Assembly: GCA_951406725.2 (NCBI GenBank)
Contig: OX597814.1
Coordinates: 101,308,001-101,372,000, forward strand
Source: Octopus vulgaris
Lineage: Eukaryota
Reading direction: 5' to 3'
DNA length: 64,000 nt
Part shown: positions 40,403-56,900 of the stretch, one piece after another
Layout: each line of letters begins with the position of its first letter
How positions within the stretch are numbered: the stretch's first letter is position 1
The notes under the pieces: generated by a model
What the model was told of the DNA's origin: nothing
Seen by the model: only the letters and a program-made list of their open reading frames with translations
Database searches by the model: none
Program-made: the position numbers and the translations under genes

Positions 40403-41799
40403 TGAATGCGATGTTTTAAATATTTAGTATCCCAAAGTTATTGAGTTCTATTTTTATAGTATTACCATTTAAGTAATTACTCTTTTAATCAGCTTCCTAC
40501 TTAAATACCGCACCCAGGAGTCGAGCACTCGCAACGAACCAAGAAATAGACTTTCTATATGTAAATACGTAAGTTTCAATATTAAACGAAAAATATATCA
40601 CGGCAACTGAACAGGATTTACGTAAGTGATTAATCAGTGAAATGGGAGCGGTCTTTCAGAAGAATGCTTTGAAATCTCAATTTTAGGAAACCAGCGACAA
40701 GCCTTTATGAAATGGCACAGAATTAAAAACCTGGAACTGATCACTCTGGCACTCTGTATTTTAAAAACTCGATACCTTTGAAGTGAAAATTCTAGTTATA
40801 TGTAGCACAGGATTTCTTTTTATAATATAATGATCAAGTCCAGCGTCGTGACCGAAAAATTGTAAAGACTAGTCAAACACGTAAACTCAAAATGAACAGT
40901 ATCAAATTTGACAATAATATTGATGAAGCAAATATAATAGCAGCGAAACAAACTAAACAGGAATGTGCAATTTTTTGCGAAACAAGTAAGATATGTAATT
41001 ATTAAAGACTGCAATGAGAACTTCGTTTCGTTCGAATATGATTTCAAATATATCCTCCTGTCCATCGGCTACAAAATTATGTGAAAAGTAAATTAAAATG
41101 ATTAAAATTAAAATGAAAATTTATTTCCCAGCTTGTGAAAATCAGCCGCACTTGCAAATATAGACTCCTGGTTGGATATCCTCTCAATAATACAGAATGA
41201 GAAGGGAGAAAGTTAAATGGAGAAGCGAGGTGAAATGTCATCATGAAGGGTCAGATAATCTGATAAAATCAAGGTCATACCAGAGCCGTGCACAAATAAG
41301 GTCATCGAAGCAGAGTGTAAGAGACTAATGGTACAAAACAAAATAGGCGTTACACAAATTACAGTAAAAACTACATGCAGGACTTTATGCCCTGAAGAAC
41401 CAAAAAAGCTAGAAAACCAGAGAAGAGAGGTAAACCGTCAGCCAAAGTTTAAGTGACTGCGCAGGAAATAATCTTGCGTTCGGCATTCGAAATAAATGCA
41501 CTGATACCCATTTCCATGACTGTATGCCTCTGTAGCACCGTGCTATTCGGTATCGTGTGAGAGAGTAGGAAGTTATAGCGGAAAGTTTCCAAGTCATCAT
41601 TGAAACCAACAAGCGAATAAGAATTTTTTAAAAAGCGAGGTGAACAGAAAACAACAAAAATATATTAGGAAGAACACTCTCCATTGATTCCCTTCATCAG
41701 AAAAATAAAACAGTGGGAGAAGAACATTAATTTATAATAACTCCTATAATTGGCTAATAGTTTATTTGTATCAACCGCGGAAAGATGGGCGGCAAAGTT

Positions 41800-42116
41800 C
41801 ACCTGTAACCATAAAGTCCATTCTTCGACGTAGACACCTTGCAGCTATGTCAATGGGGAGCATGATCCTGGTGGAGTTTATCATACTGGAGAAGTCAAAA
41901 GACTCACTAATTAAGAGCCCTTCTTCCTAGAGGCAAAAATTGGCTTGTGTAGATCCAGCACTCCTACAAAGTTACAGAAATATAGATAACAATTGAAATC
42001 CAACAAGATCTGGGAGGTGAAAACCTTAAGAAACAGCCCTGAATCTAGGACAATGGGAAAAGTCGTCGATAGCCTAAGCTCCAAATGGTGTGAAGTGCTT
42101 AAGTAAGTGAGTAAGG
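41800..42116 (+). mobile_element. Short RTE-derived non-autonomous element
   Basis: 5' GCAGCTATGTCAATGGGGAGCATGATCCTGGTGG resembles RTE 5' UTRs; 3' GATAGCCTAAGCTCC..GCTTAAGTAAGTGAGTAAG resembles an RTE tail. Confidence 0.45.
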
Positions 42117-42184
42117 TTGACCTCACAGTAATTGGAATTCAGGAAAGAGTAAGGCATTTTGTCCGTCCATAACAAATAAATATC

Positions 42185-42575
42185 TCTTTTACTATTTTAC
42201 ATGTTTCAGTCATTTCACTGCGTCCATGCTGAAGCACCACCTTTAGTCGAGCAAATCAACCCCAGGACTTATTTTTTGGAAGCCTAGTACTTATTCTATC
42301 GGTCTCTTTTGCCGAACTGCTAAGTTACAGGGACTTAAACATACCATCATCGGTTGTCAAGCGATGTTGGGGGGACAAACACAGACATACAAACATACAC
42401 ACACACATACATATATATACATATGTACGACGAGCTTCTTTCAGTTTCCATCTACCAAATCCACTCCCGAGGCTATAGTAGAAGACAATTGCCCAGGGTG
42501 CCACGCAGTGGGAATGAACCCAGAACCATGTGGTTGGTAAGCAAGCTACTTACCACACAACCACTCCTACGCCTA
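42185..42575 (-). mobile_element. CORE-like SINE, near full length
   Basis: Reverse complement of the 5677/12010 family (..GCAAGCTACTTACCACACAACCACTCCTACGCC). Confidence 0.9.
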
Positions 42576-43215
42576 TGTACCAATGTCATATAATCAACCC
42601 TGTCTAAATATCAATGTTTTCTCAAATACTCTTTATGTTTTATATTGATATCAAATATTGGTAATATTTCATTTATGTCACATCAAAATTGCTTCAACAG
42701 ATCTATGATCAATGTCTATGACAATCTATTGCATTTTTTTGTTTTCTGATATATTCTATAGCTTTCGTAAAGACGTTGGGTGGGGCATCGAACAAAATAC
42801 TTTGTTATATTAAAACATTCTGTGTCAGAATCTCATCTGTCTTTCGTGATCTATACAATAAGAACAAGAGTCGATGTATCTACTATATCTGAGATTGTGG
42901 TGTTTTAGAGTCGCCATATCCCAAAGACTGAAACCAGTCAAAGAATATATGAACTTGGTCGCATATTTCTGTGAAGGAGTATAGTCAATTTATATCGTTC
43001 TCAGTTTTGCACCGCTATTTATTTTAACGACTACATTAAAAGGACGAAATATGAAGTCCACTCGGATGGAATTTGATCTCGGAGAACGTGAAGACGATTT
43101 GACTAAACACACAAGTTTTGCTCTCGCGATAGAGCAATTTTCCATCCACCACCACGAATTAATAATAACAATGATAATAAAGCTGCTGCTGATGATGATG
43201 ATGAGGATGATGATA

Positions 43216-43278
<63 letters not shown>

Positions 43279-43703
43279 TTGAAACTGGCAAACCAAAAAG
43301 GAAAATATATCAAGACAATAGTTCAATTAACGAATAAAATTAATGATATTTGTTGATATCAAAACTAATGATAATTACTGTGGCAAGATATTAGAAAAAT
43401 ATATGACCAGGAGGCATTTAATTAATTTATCACATTATTCGTTTCAAAACTGGCTTTTATAGCCGGCGAAATTTTCTTACATGCCACCAGCTATCAGTTT
43501 TAATGATAAATCAATGACTTGCTTTTCTCCTTAAAATACAGAAATCCTACCACTTCTCAATTCCATTATCTCCATATCGCACCTTCCTAGATTTGCTACA
43601 TTTTTACACCACCTATAGAACAATGTAATTCTTCTTCTTTCGTAAATTTCAAATATTATTATTGACTCGAGTCTATTCATGAATAAATCGTAGCTGACAC
43701 GCA

Positions 43704-43734
<31 letters not shown>

Positions 43735-46429
43735 TGTATGTATGTATGTATGTATGTATGTATGTATGTATGTACGTATGTGTATGTATGTATGCATATA
43801 TGTTTGTGTGTATGAATGTATGTATGTGTGTATGTATGTATGTTTGTGTGTATGTATGAATGTATGTATGTCAATATGTATATATGTATGAGTGTATGTT
43901 TGTCAGTAGGTATGAATGTATTTGTGTATGTGTTTATATATACGTGTAAGTATTCAAGTGTATGTATGTATGCAAGAATACATCATGTACATGTATATGT
44001 GTCTCTGTAAATATATGTATATGTTATTTTTGTTGTTTAATTATTCGAATTCTTCTAAGATAGGAGTTGGCTTCGAAGAATTAAACAAAGTACCATCGGT
44101 GAAATTTTGATTATGACACCATTGAAGATTTGAATATTGAACTTTAGAAAATCATACATACATTTAATGTTCTACAAAAAGATTTTATTTGCAAATTGAG
44201 TGTTAGTTGGTTAATCTTTCTTATTTTTTACCTCAAAATACCTGTTTGGAGTGGGGTGATTACCACGTAGACATGTATAGATTTGGCCAAGTACAATAAT
44301 AATTATATTATGTGTATTTGTCAATTCGGTAAGAGAAACCGTAGACTTCGAATCATTTATCCATAAATATTCTCTTTCAAAGATTTCTAACAGCAATGTC
44401 CAAATCCGCAGAACAGATGACTTCTACACGAGTGCATAACGTTTCTTTTCTGTCTCTATATGCATGCATCTGTCTACAATATATCGCAAGTACGTATGTG
44501 TGCGAATATTCATGTCATTGTAAGTTTATATCTATACGAATTTATTTATATATGTCTACGTGTTTACATGCCTACAAGTGTGTAGACATGTAAAGTATAC
44601 ATTATATCGATTAAACTTCTAGAATGCTTGTTTTCACAGTTCAATAAAATATTTGTTGTCGTAATTTCTTCAATAGTTTTTTCTGGTTTTGTGAAACGCA
44701 TATTCTCAAGATCCCCAAGATCAGTTACTTACATACTTACATACCCAACTGCCCCACGAACCATACGTGTAAATACACTTTTATAAACCTAGTCTATTAT
44801 ACGCAGATTTCTCATTAAATCATCTTAGCAATTTTCTTCTATCCTGAACATAAGGTTAGGGTCTGCTGGGCTACTGATTTCTTCCCATGATTTTTTTTTC
44901 TAAAATCCTTGACTGAATTGTTCTGGCTACACTTTACAGAGGTTTCGACCGAAACGTTCGCTAGAATTTTTCTCATATTAAGAGCAAGCGTGCGATGGAT
45001 GTCACTGTAACATCTAATATTTTGCTCTTTAGGACTCTCGGTCCCACACTTTACATTGTAAAGAGTTTTGATCACGACATCATGTATGATAGCTAGATGA
45101 CATCACATTGCGTTAACATATTCGGTTAGCTACATATGATGGAAGTTAATTCTTTGGTGTTAATTTCACAGCTTGTGTAGTGGCACGTCTAAATGTTACC
45201 CTACGACATTGTCTGGTTTGTGTTGTTCTTTCCCGGTTCTGGATTGCAAATCAATTAAGATAGAGCTTTGAAACTACGCTCGTTGTCTACACTTCATTAC
45301 CATTCGTAGAATATCAATATACGTAGACCTAACCAGCTGATTTAGTTTAACACATGATGGTTTGTAGAAGTTATTAAAGCGTTATTCACAGGCTGCTTCA
45401 GTTGATGCTTGATTCTCCCTTCTTATACGTGTTTGAAGTAGAAATGGTCAATACTACTATTATTAAGAACATTCCTAGTTGTTTACGGAGCGGGAGCATT
45501 AAGCAGTGACAAGTGAAATTGCAATGTTATTTTCAGTCCGAATATGCTTGATGGACGTTCGAACTAGGGAGCAAGCTACTCACTGCCTTTTGTCACCCCG
45601 TTGTTCGGTTCTCTTGTTGACAAATGGTGAGTATACAACTAGATCAGCTTGCAGCGCTACCTACCTAGATTGTGAGATGTTAACATTTTAAAGTAGTTAT
45701 CTCCTCATTGGTCACAGACACTAAGCAGACGACACTGTGAGCTGAATTAAGTAAGAGATTACCTCTCTTATACTTTTCCAGTTACCGTATGCTGAGTTCT
45801 TATTAACTCCAAGTCGTTACTGGATGTGTGATTCACATCAGTATTTCTTCGGAACTAAATCCCACAGTTGTATTACAAGAAATAAAGCTGAAAACACTTT
45901 TATATTTGCCTCGATGAAAATTCAACAAGGAAATACGAACGGAGAAAATGACACAAAAACATAAGACAGTGAAGCGCACACAATAGCCATTGAATTGCGG
46001 CTGAAATACAAAGTCCTAAGAGGATCTGGTTCCTTAGGGGCAATCCTAGATACAGAAACGTGTTGCAAAACAGAAAATAATAAGGATGAGCCGACGAAAG
46101 CTATGGGAATGGACTTGGTAAGCGGAAACTCAAAGACGCCCGCCGTATGTACGTATATATGTATAATTGCGATTACAATAGATCCATAGAAGATCAAAGC
46201 ATATCAAAGTGAAGAACGCCACTAATTATCTAGTCAGAATCACGCAGAACAGGCTAAGTAATTCAGTAACCAAGCAGTGGAGTCAGCGATGAGGTACAAT
46301 CACTGTTGTGAGGTAATCTGCAATTCCTGTATTCAATAAAGAACGGAGCCCTAAATGTGGCGTTAAAGTATACTAAATAAGAGACGAATAGATTTTCAAG
46401 TGTAGATTGTTGTTGTTGTTGTTGTTGTT

Positions 46430-46430
46430 G

Positions 46431-46464
<34 letters not shown>

Positions 46465-46650
46465 CTACTTAACTCTCACCGCTTGACAAAGTACTTTTGC
46501 GTCCTCGTAACTTAGCGCTTCGGCAGCAGTGAAATAGAATAAATACCAGGCATAGAAAAAAGTATTGCGGACCAGGTATTTGACTAAAAGCACTTGATAA
46601 CTGTGCCCCAGCATGGCCGCAGTTCAATGACTGAAGCGAGTAAACATAAA
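46430..46650 (+). mobile_element. CORE-like SINE 3' part
   Basis: CACCGCTTGACA..TTCGGCA..GTGCCCCAGCATGGCCGCAGT. Confidence 0.7.
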
Positions 46651-47392
46651 AAATAGCTGAACGTTGTGCCGGCGAGCCACTTACGCTTTGGTCCGTAGTG
46701 CAACACAATAAATATATTCCCAACGAAACTGAAGCTCTACTGATGCAGAAAATCGATATATTGATAACAAAAATTACTGCTGTTATTGCTGCTGAAGATG
46801 CAATTCTTGTTGTTATTGTTGGTATCGTTAATTTTATAACTGGAACATTGAAATGACTATAATCAACAACGAGCAATTAACAAGATTACAAAGACTGACA
46901 TAGTAATATCTCTTTTGTAAGAGATGAGAAATCGCCTCTTCCAACGGATACGTTCAGTAAGTGAGAAAATAGCATCTTAGTTTATATAAATAGATGACAC
47001 GTGCCTTATCAAATGTTCTTCGTTAACACTTCTCTTCTCGCATAATATCATCGCCGCTTCATATTACCTACCACTCCTCATAATCACATTTCGTTTACAA
47101 ATTACAGAATTCGGCTTGCTATTACGACAATACGTTTGTATTTCCCATGTGTATGATCGTTTGCACATGCATTCATACATAGATGTTTGGCTGTCTGTTT
47201 GCTTGTTTCTCTGTTTGTATGAATGCATGTATGTATGTACGTATGTATGTTTTTTTCTGTTCCAATACCGCGTTTGTACAGCTAACGTTAATGTTAAAAA
47301 TCCTTTGTGTATGTACTGGTATCTATATATATATAATGTCAATTGCAACACAGACTTCAAAACGATGGGTTGGGAATCTCTAATCATGGTAA

Positions 47393-47446
47393 CGCGTGCT
47401 GAAGAAGCTAGGGCTTATTTTGTCAGTGCAGAAACCGGTCCACGTG
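47393..47446 (+). ncRNA. Minimal type I hammerhead in a TA-flanked ~255-bp element (47336-47590)
   Basis: CGCGUG-CUGAAGA-(25-nt imperfect stem II)-GAAA-CCGG-UC-CACGUG; 6-bp stem I, intact core, GUC site, palindromic ACCGGU in place of stem-loop III. Confidence 0.7.
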
Positions 47447-48108
47447 AGTCCAGATACTTAAATGTATGTTAGTAGATTGTCTTAACCTGATTTTGCCGTC
47501 TTTGATTTCTGTAGTTTTCATCAGTGTATTTTTGGCGATTTAATAAGAGTTTTGACTGTTATTTCAAACATACTTAGTATGTCCTTTGATTATATATATA
47601 TATATGCTCAGGTACACACATAGATAATCCTTTCTACTATAGACACAAAGTGTTAAGTCGATTACATCGACCACAATACACAACTGGTGCTTAATTTATT
47701 GACTCTGAAACGATGAAAGTCAAAATCGACATCGGCGAAATTTGAACTCAGAACACGTAAAGACGGGTGAAATGTTGCTATATATACATATATACTTACA
47801 TATATGTATATACTTACTCATAAAGAGACACTGTCATGTATAAGACATGCATGCATAAGACACACACACAGCGAGAGAGAGAGAGAGAGGGTTATAAACG
47901 ACCAGTTAGAACCACAACAATTATCGCAGTTACAGGACAATATGTTCGCATGTTGTGAAAAAGAATAGGTGAACATCTGGTGACACCAAGTTCGAAAGAT
48001 GTAACGGTAACGTAAAGGTGTAGGATTTGAAGGAAGGGGAGGAGGAAAAGTAAGAGAAAGGGCAAGGGTAAATGGAGAGGAAGATCAGATTTGAAGTAAA
48101 AGAAAATT

Positions 48109-48171
<63 letters not shown>

Positions 48172-50059
48172 AATATACTTGTCATCCAATGATGATGATG
48201 ATGGCGGTGATATGATGATATTGATAAAGATGGTCTCGCTGATAATGGTGATGATAATGATGGTACAGCAAACTGAGTTGGCTGCATTTTGTGGTATTGT
48301 TTATTTTTGTCCCCAGTTCAGTACGGATCAAACAGAATTATGATCAAAAGATTTCCATCCGCGACCATCCCAAAAGTTAACGCTCTTGTCCTGTAAAATG
48401 GAATACATTCTTCAAGCGATATTTAAGACGTAATTTTTGTTTTGTCTATAGAATTTTAAGAATTCCTTAATTCTTCACTGGGCTTAATACCCCCACATCT
48501 CCTGGTCAGTGGGTGCACATTTAGCGGTTGGACGGGGTTCTACTCAAATGAACTTTATTCGGGTCAGTTTTCCGATGTGAGCTTGGTAATTTCGTCCCTT
48601 GTCTCGCCAGTTTCAACTACTTGGGAATTAAAACGCCATAGATGTTGTTTTTTCTTCTCTGGCTAATCGGTAAAACATATTTCAAAACTATCAACTCAGA
48701 GAAATCTCGCAGAATTATCCATTGTCTTTTAGTCTCATATCAGTCTTCATCAAACAGTGCCCTATCTGTTCTGTTCTTGTTCTTCTTAAAGATGGAAGAT
48801 TTGGCTATTTTATTTAGCAGCTTTCAACACCATGTAGAGGTGGTCCCTCTTTGGCTTATGGTGATAGACTGTTTTATTTAGCAGGTTTAACCACCGTATA
48901 AGAGTGGACCTGCTTTAATTCGTAATAATTATGGTCGTGGCTATTGAGATTTCCAAATCTAATAAATGAAATAATGTGGCGAAGCAAAGATTTTCTTTAT
49001 CAATGGTTACAGTCAAGTTTAAAATGTGCTGATTTTGTTAATGTCATTGTTTAGCGTCTTATATGCATGATCATGCGGTGCCATAGCTCAGATGAAAAAT
49101 TCCTTTCAGTACTTCTAATAGACATTTATTAGCAACCGAGGCAGTATCATTACCGAGAGTCAGTATTTATCCCCCATTTAAACGTGCGTGTTCAGTTAGA
49201 ACAAACTATAATGTGGTAGCAACCATGAGAGAAACTCCCGTATAATGCTGGAGCCGACGAGGATTTACTTGCAGTTTGTCTCTGCGTTGAAATGGCTGAA
49301 CCGTTGAAGCCTTGGATATAATAATGCTTGGTCTTATTTGTTTCAACTCTATTCAGTCGGAGTTCGAATGCTGCTGAGGTTAACTTTACCTTTCATTTTT
49401 TTGTCCTGGCGGGGAGGGGTAAGTTACAAAAAGAAAGAAGAGTAGCAATACGAAGCAGTGGATTGGCGAGACTGTATGAATATCAGACCAGTTGCTGAGC
49501 GGTATTAATCCCGGTACCTTGCGTTTTCACTTCAAATACCATCATAGCTTGTGTAAGGATGTATTTACTTACTCTGTCACCCAGTTTAACTCCAATACCT
49601 GGTGGCTCGAGTAACTTTTGCGGACCCTATTTTGTTGCAAGCATTCGAAGACTTCATCCTGGCTATAAAATAAAAGAAATCTGGGTCAGCATTGATCGAG
49701 TAAACCTATAACCTAATGAGTCTTAGTTATGACCATTCCTTCGGATTCAGCCTCAGTGTGCCTATGCTTATATTATTTGTGCATTTCTTTTTTTAAAGCT
49801 TTCTATTGTCATTTGAGAAAGATTTGGCTATTATATCTAGGAGGCATCCAATATCATGGAGTCTTCGTTGTTGGTCTAGTGGCCTCAGTGGGACAATAAA
49901 CATGGCTTCTTGGTCGGACTACGACGACTGTGTGTGTGTGTGTATGTGTGTCTATGTGTGTGTGTGATGTTTATGTTGTTAAGTGTAATGAATGATTGTA
50001 TTTGATGTTCTTTGATGTTGATAAGAACGGAGCTGAAGCCGAAGAGAGAGGAACGATAG

Positions 50060-51375
<1,316 letters not shown>

Positions 51376-51769
51376 GTAAATTGAATTGCTGTCGCGGGAA
51401 GAGCAGTGCACGGGTGGATGAATTGTTCTTTTTCTTAAATATAGGGTGGCGGATAGATAGATGCTTTGGTTGGTAGTGAAGGTGCCAATCTATAATGGTG
51501 GCTGCTTGAGAGACTGGGCGTGGACGGCCAAATGAACAGTTGAAAGAGAAATGGCTCTATCAGTCGTCCATCTTGTTTACCTATCACACGCTGCCTAATT
51601 TTAAATTTCTGCTGCTAATTACAAACAGTGAAAACAAGACAAAAAAATTGGAAGTTGCACCTCAACTGCGTTTTATCCTAACACCACCACCGCCACCACT
51701 ACCGCCGTCACCGCCGTCACATCTGTATCACATTATCCCTCACTTAATATTGCACCCTTCCAATTATCG

Positions 51770-52910
51770 TTTTCAAATTTTGGCATAAGGCAAGCAATTT
51801 TGGGGGCGACGACAATAAATCGTTTACTTCCGACCGGGTGCAACACTGGTACTTGTTTTATCGACCCAAAAATAGATTTAAGAGTCGACATCGATGGAAT
51901 TTGAACCCAAAGCGTAAAGATGGATAGAGTGTTGTGTGGTATTTTACACGCTGTGCTAACGATTTTTATTTCTTTGCTGTCCACAAGGGGGCTACACACA
52001 GAGGGGACAGACAAGGACAGACAAACGGATTAAGTCGATTATATCAACCCCAGTGCGTAACTGGTACTTATTTAATCGACCCCGAAAGGATGAAAGGCAA
52101 ACTCGACCTCGGCGGAATTTGAACTCAGAACGTAGCGGCAGACGAAATACTGCTAAGCATTTCGCCCGGCGTGCTATCGATTCTGCCAACTGGTCGCCTT
52201 CTAATTCTTCTAGCTGGTCTTGTGCCAAAATTTGAAACCAATAATAATAATTGGAAGGCGGCGAGCTGACAGAATCGTTAGTACGCTGGGCAAAATGCTT
52301 AGCAGCATTCCATCCGTCCTTACATTCTGAGTTCAAATTCCGCCGAGGTCGACTTTGTATTTAATCATTTTGGGGTCGATAAAGTGAGTACCATTAAAAC
52401 AATTGAGTCGATGTATTCGAGCAGTCCCCTCCCAACAAATTTCAGGCCCTGTGGCTATAATAGAAAAGATTATTACTGTTGTTGTTGTTGTTGTTGTCGT
52501 CGTCGTTGTTGTTGTCGTCGTCGTTGTTGTTGCTGTAAAGGCAGTGGCTGGCAGAAACGTTAGAACGCCGGGCGAAATGCTAGGCGGTATTTCGTCTGCC
52601 GCTACGTTCAAATTCCGCCGAGGTCGACTTTGCCTTTCATCCTTTCGGGGTCGATTGAATAAGTACAACTTACGCACCGGGGTCGATATAATCGACTTAA
52701 TCCGATTGTCTGTCCTTGTTTGTCCTCTCTGTGTTTAGCCCCTTGCGGGCAGTAAAGAAATAGGTATTTTGTCTGTCGCTACGTTCTGAGTTCAAATTTA
52801 CCTTTCAACCTTCCGGCGTAGATAAGTTCAGTACCAGTGAAACACTGGAGTCGATGAAATCGAATAGTCCCTTCCCGCCAAATTTGAGGCATTGTGCCTA
52901 CAGTAGAAAG
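51770..52910. mobile_element. MetaSINE-like cluster (minus 51770-52200; plus 52255-52470 and 52538-52910)
   Basis: Same modules as 21237-21845. Confidence 0.9.
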
Positions 52911-52931
52911 CATTATTATTATTATTATTAT

Positions 52932-53006
<75 letters not shown>

Positions 53007-53012
53007 CTGTAT

Positions 53013-53080
<68 letters not shown>

Positions 53081-53544
53081 CTGCTGCTGCAGCTGCTGTT
53101 GCTGTTATCATTGCTACCACTGCTACGGCTGTTATACACTTGCACTACGTTACGTCGCACTGGCAGCCCTTTCCTCTTCATCATTATCAACATCACACCT
53201 TCGATATGTACTCGCCCCTCTATTACGGATCTCCCTCATTTCCCTCCTCGTCATCATCATTTCCATTTCTCGTTCCCAAACGCCAGTCGACAGATGCATC
53301 TATCTATAAATCTCTTATAACCTGTTCTTTTTCATCTCTATTCTTTCTCTTCCTCTGTTTTCATATGCATACGCAGAACAGATAACACACAAACACACAA
53401 GCACATATTCGCACACAAACACGCAGACACAATATGTACGTATGTACGTTTATGTACATATATATATGTGTATGTGTGTCTGTGTGTATGAATGTATATA
53501 TATGTATGTATGTATATATGTGTATATATATATGTATATACATA

Positions 53545-53591
<47 letters not shown>

Positions 53592-53755
53592 CTAGATAGA
53601 TAGATAGATATACATATATATATATATTCATATATATATACGTATATATATATGCGTTTGTGCGTATATAAACGTGTATACAAACACGCAGTCATACACA
53701 TCCATAACTATATATATATACATTCATATACATATATATTCATACATAAATGTAT

Positions 53756-53814
<59 letters not shown>

Positions 53815-54449
53815 TGTATGTATGTATGTATGTATGTATATGATATGCTTCCATCCACACAAACATTCATGCATATACACATACAAGCTCACACCTGAAG
53901 ACAGGATAAGGCCTTCCGGAGCAGGAAGTGCTAAATCCATTTACATCCACATCCAACACCGCCACCAATTACACATCCATCCATCGTACAGCATCACCGC
54001 CAACGCCTCTACCGCTGCTACACCCACTATCTCGCCGTCGTCACCATCGCCAAGTCTGTTTCTAATATCCGCCATTGTTTTGCTGATCCCGGTGTCAGTC
54101 CCCCACCTCCACACACGCATACGCACACACGCAAACATACACACTTTCACTTTCTTCTCTTTTTTTTTCACTCTTCCTCTGCCCCAACCCTAGTCTTTGT
54201 GGTGAGCGTTTTGTGTCAAAAGCATTGACAGAATTTCCCCGCCTCGGGCTACATTTTAAAGAAGAAAAGTATTAAGATGAAAGCTTGTTTAAATTGAAGT
54301 GAAATTATTGTATTTATCTAAGCCGGCTCCGCTCTATTATGAGGTGTCTTCTTAGGTGAAGATCCAAGGAGGTAAATGGGATGGATCAAGCGATTACTGT
54401 TCGGTAGCGTTTCTTTGACACATATCATTTAGCAGAAACTTACTAACGC

Positions 54450-54506
<57 letters not shown>

Positions 54507-54874
54507 TGTTTGTGTTATGGTTTCTCTTTTGCCTTTGCTTATACGTATGTACGTGTATGTGTGTTTGAGTGGATACCTTGTTTATGCGTGTTTCTGATAA
54601 TTGTATGCTTGATTTCGTCTGTCGGTATATATACGTATGCTTATAATTAATTACATACACATACACACAAACACAAATTCACATACACACACACGTACGC
54701 ATGCACACACACACACACACACACTCACAAACATATACCCTATGCACACTCAGACACGCTCAAATACACGTACATACATGTATGTATATGTATGTATTTA
54801 CATATATATGCATACATAAATACCTACATCTTAGGTATAAAAAGGCGAAGAATGAAATTAGCACAATTTCAATA

Positions 54875-54984
54875 TACGTTACAATTGTTTCTGTGACACT
54901 TTCCATCCACGTAGCATGTAAATGATTCCGTGTGAAGGATCACGCAATAAGTTAAATACGTCGAAGTGGCTCTTCATCAGAGTA
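54875..54984 (-). ncRNA. Type I hammerhead relic with very long stem II
   Basis: Minus strand: UACU-CUGAUGA-(~80 nt including CACUU/AAGUG and ACGUA/UACGU)-GAAA-C-AAUU-G-UA-ACGUA; intact core, bulged stem I. Confidence 0.55.
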
Positions 54985-55439
54985 GCATTAAATCGTGTCT
55001 CTTTGTACTGTTCAATAATTATGTACTTTATTATATCTAGTAATGGTGACTTCGAATTTCTGTTAATAACAATTTGGCCTCGTCAAATTTCATGCTTAAA
55101 ACACATACTTTCAATATAAACACACACACATACGCACACACAAAAACACACACACATACACACACTGAGGCGCACACATACAGAAATATAAGTAGAGCTG
55201 GGTTCGTATTTACTTCACAAAGCTGTTGCCTCTGAAGCAAGTGTCTTATACTATATCCATGGGTCAGCCAATGCTTTATAAATGAAGATTTGATGTGTGT
55301 TCCATCTGCATTTCTCATGTTGATGTTCACATATATATTCAATAGCAGGGAATCTCTATATTTATCTCAGGATAGTTTTTTGGGGGTCGGTTAAAAATGT
55401 TATAAACTTTTATTAACTTTAGGCTTATTCTTCTTTATT

Positions 55440-56900
55440 TTTCTTCGCAGGTGTATGTGTCATTGTAAACATTTTCAGCATAGCTCTTCAGATCATCCAC
55501 AAAGAAATTATAGGTTACATTGGTACCTCTTCTATTCGCACACCCTAGCAAATAGCCACTCGATATTTGTAAAAGAAAGGATAATGGATAAGATGCTAGA
55601 AAGTAGATTATTTCCTTCCTTGGGATATTGCCTTTCAAATACTTTACAACAACGAAGATGATCGTTTCGCTCTCAATTTTTTCCCAGATCTTTATAATCC
55701 TCTCAATGGCAGCGACTAAGATATCAAATTTTTTTGTCAAGTGCTGAGACTTCAGAAACCATGGGTATGCAATAGAATCAGATGTTTTCCTATAATCAAG
55801 TCATACAATCACAAAACTATTTTCTTACTTTGGTCAGCACTGCTTTGTTCATCAAATGTTGTTTGGCATATCCCCATACTCCCTTCTTTCAACGTGCGTG
55901 ATCTTCAATCATTATGCTATTGGACTCCCAGTGACCTTGGAGGAAGAATTTGACACACCTTGTGCAAAGCTTGAGCATAATGTTTGGCAAGTAATGGGCC
56001 TAGTTCTTACCGCCAGCATTTTTGTAACAAAATTCATCCGTGTTATAGTAAACCAACTTGGTATGTCAATCAGGCCTTCCATAATTCTTCTGAATATACA
56101 TATTAATATCTTTCTGTAGAATGTCAGACTCTTTCAAACAGAAAACAATAGTTATTGTTTTGCATTACTGTGACAGAACATATTTCTCTCTTTTCTACAA
56201 TTTGTGGTAAACAATCTTGATTTATTAGAACTACGAGCGTACTTGTCTTCTCTGAATTACCGAAACCAGTAAGAAAATACTTTATGCTCTCGAAATTTCT
56301 CTCAAGAGTTATAGATTATTAAATGGGGGGTAACTCAAATATTAGATACTCCACCAGATGTCTACTCATTTTACTACAACAATCAGAAAGTTTAAAGGAC
56401 AGTTGTGCATACTTTATTGCTAATATTCCTACTATATCCTTTTTTAATTATACTTGGCAAAGATGAATTCTGATTGAAATCTCTTTTATTCGTTCCAGAC
56501 CTAAGACCAGATCAATTGAATATCTTTCTGAGCAAGTGGTTTCTTCATTGTAGGGTTATTCTTCGTGACTTGGAAGCAAAGTTCTAGTCCATTACCGGCT
56601 CGCCCAAATATTTTTCTACCATAATGAAATTTTTCGCTCAGTATACTGAGTTCGTGCGTTGAAGTAATAAAAAACTTAAAACCTGACGTAAAGAAACACC
56701 GTAGTGTTTTACTTTTTTGTATTAGATGTAATTGGTGAGGGGCAAATTCATTATTTCCAATACTGTTTTATTATTGTGATTCACTTTTCAATATGGCAGC
56801 TCGGAGTATTAACATTTTCTGCGTTGCTTCTATTTAGTAATTTCATTAGTACGTTTTCTTCAGGTTTCTCTTTGATGTTCTTTAAGAGTAATAGCAGTTA
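55440..56900 (-). mobile_element. Decayed R4/Dong-like reverse transcriptase region
   Basis: Minus strand: GYLLG..TNVTYNFFVDDLKSYA (RT xxDD box) and RPITC upstream; heavily frameshifted; right boundary approximate. Confidence 0.7.
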
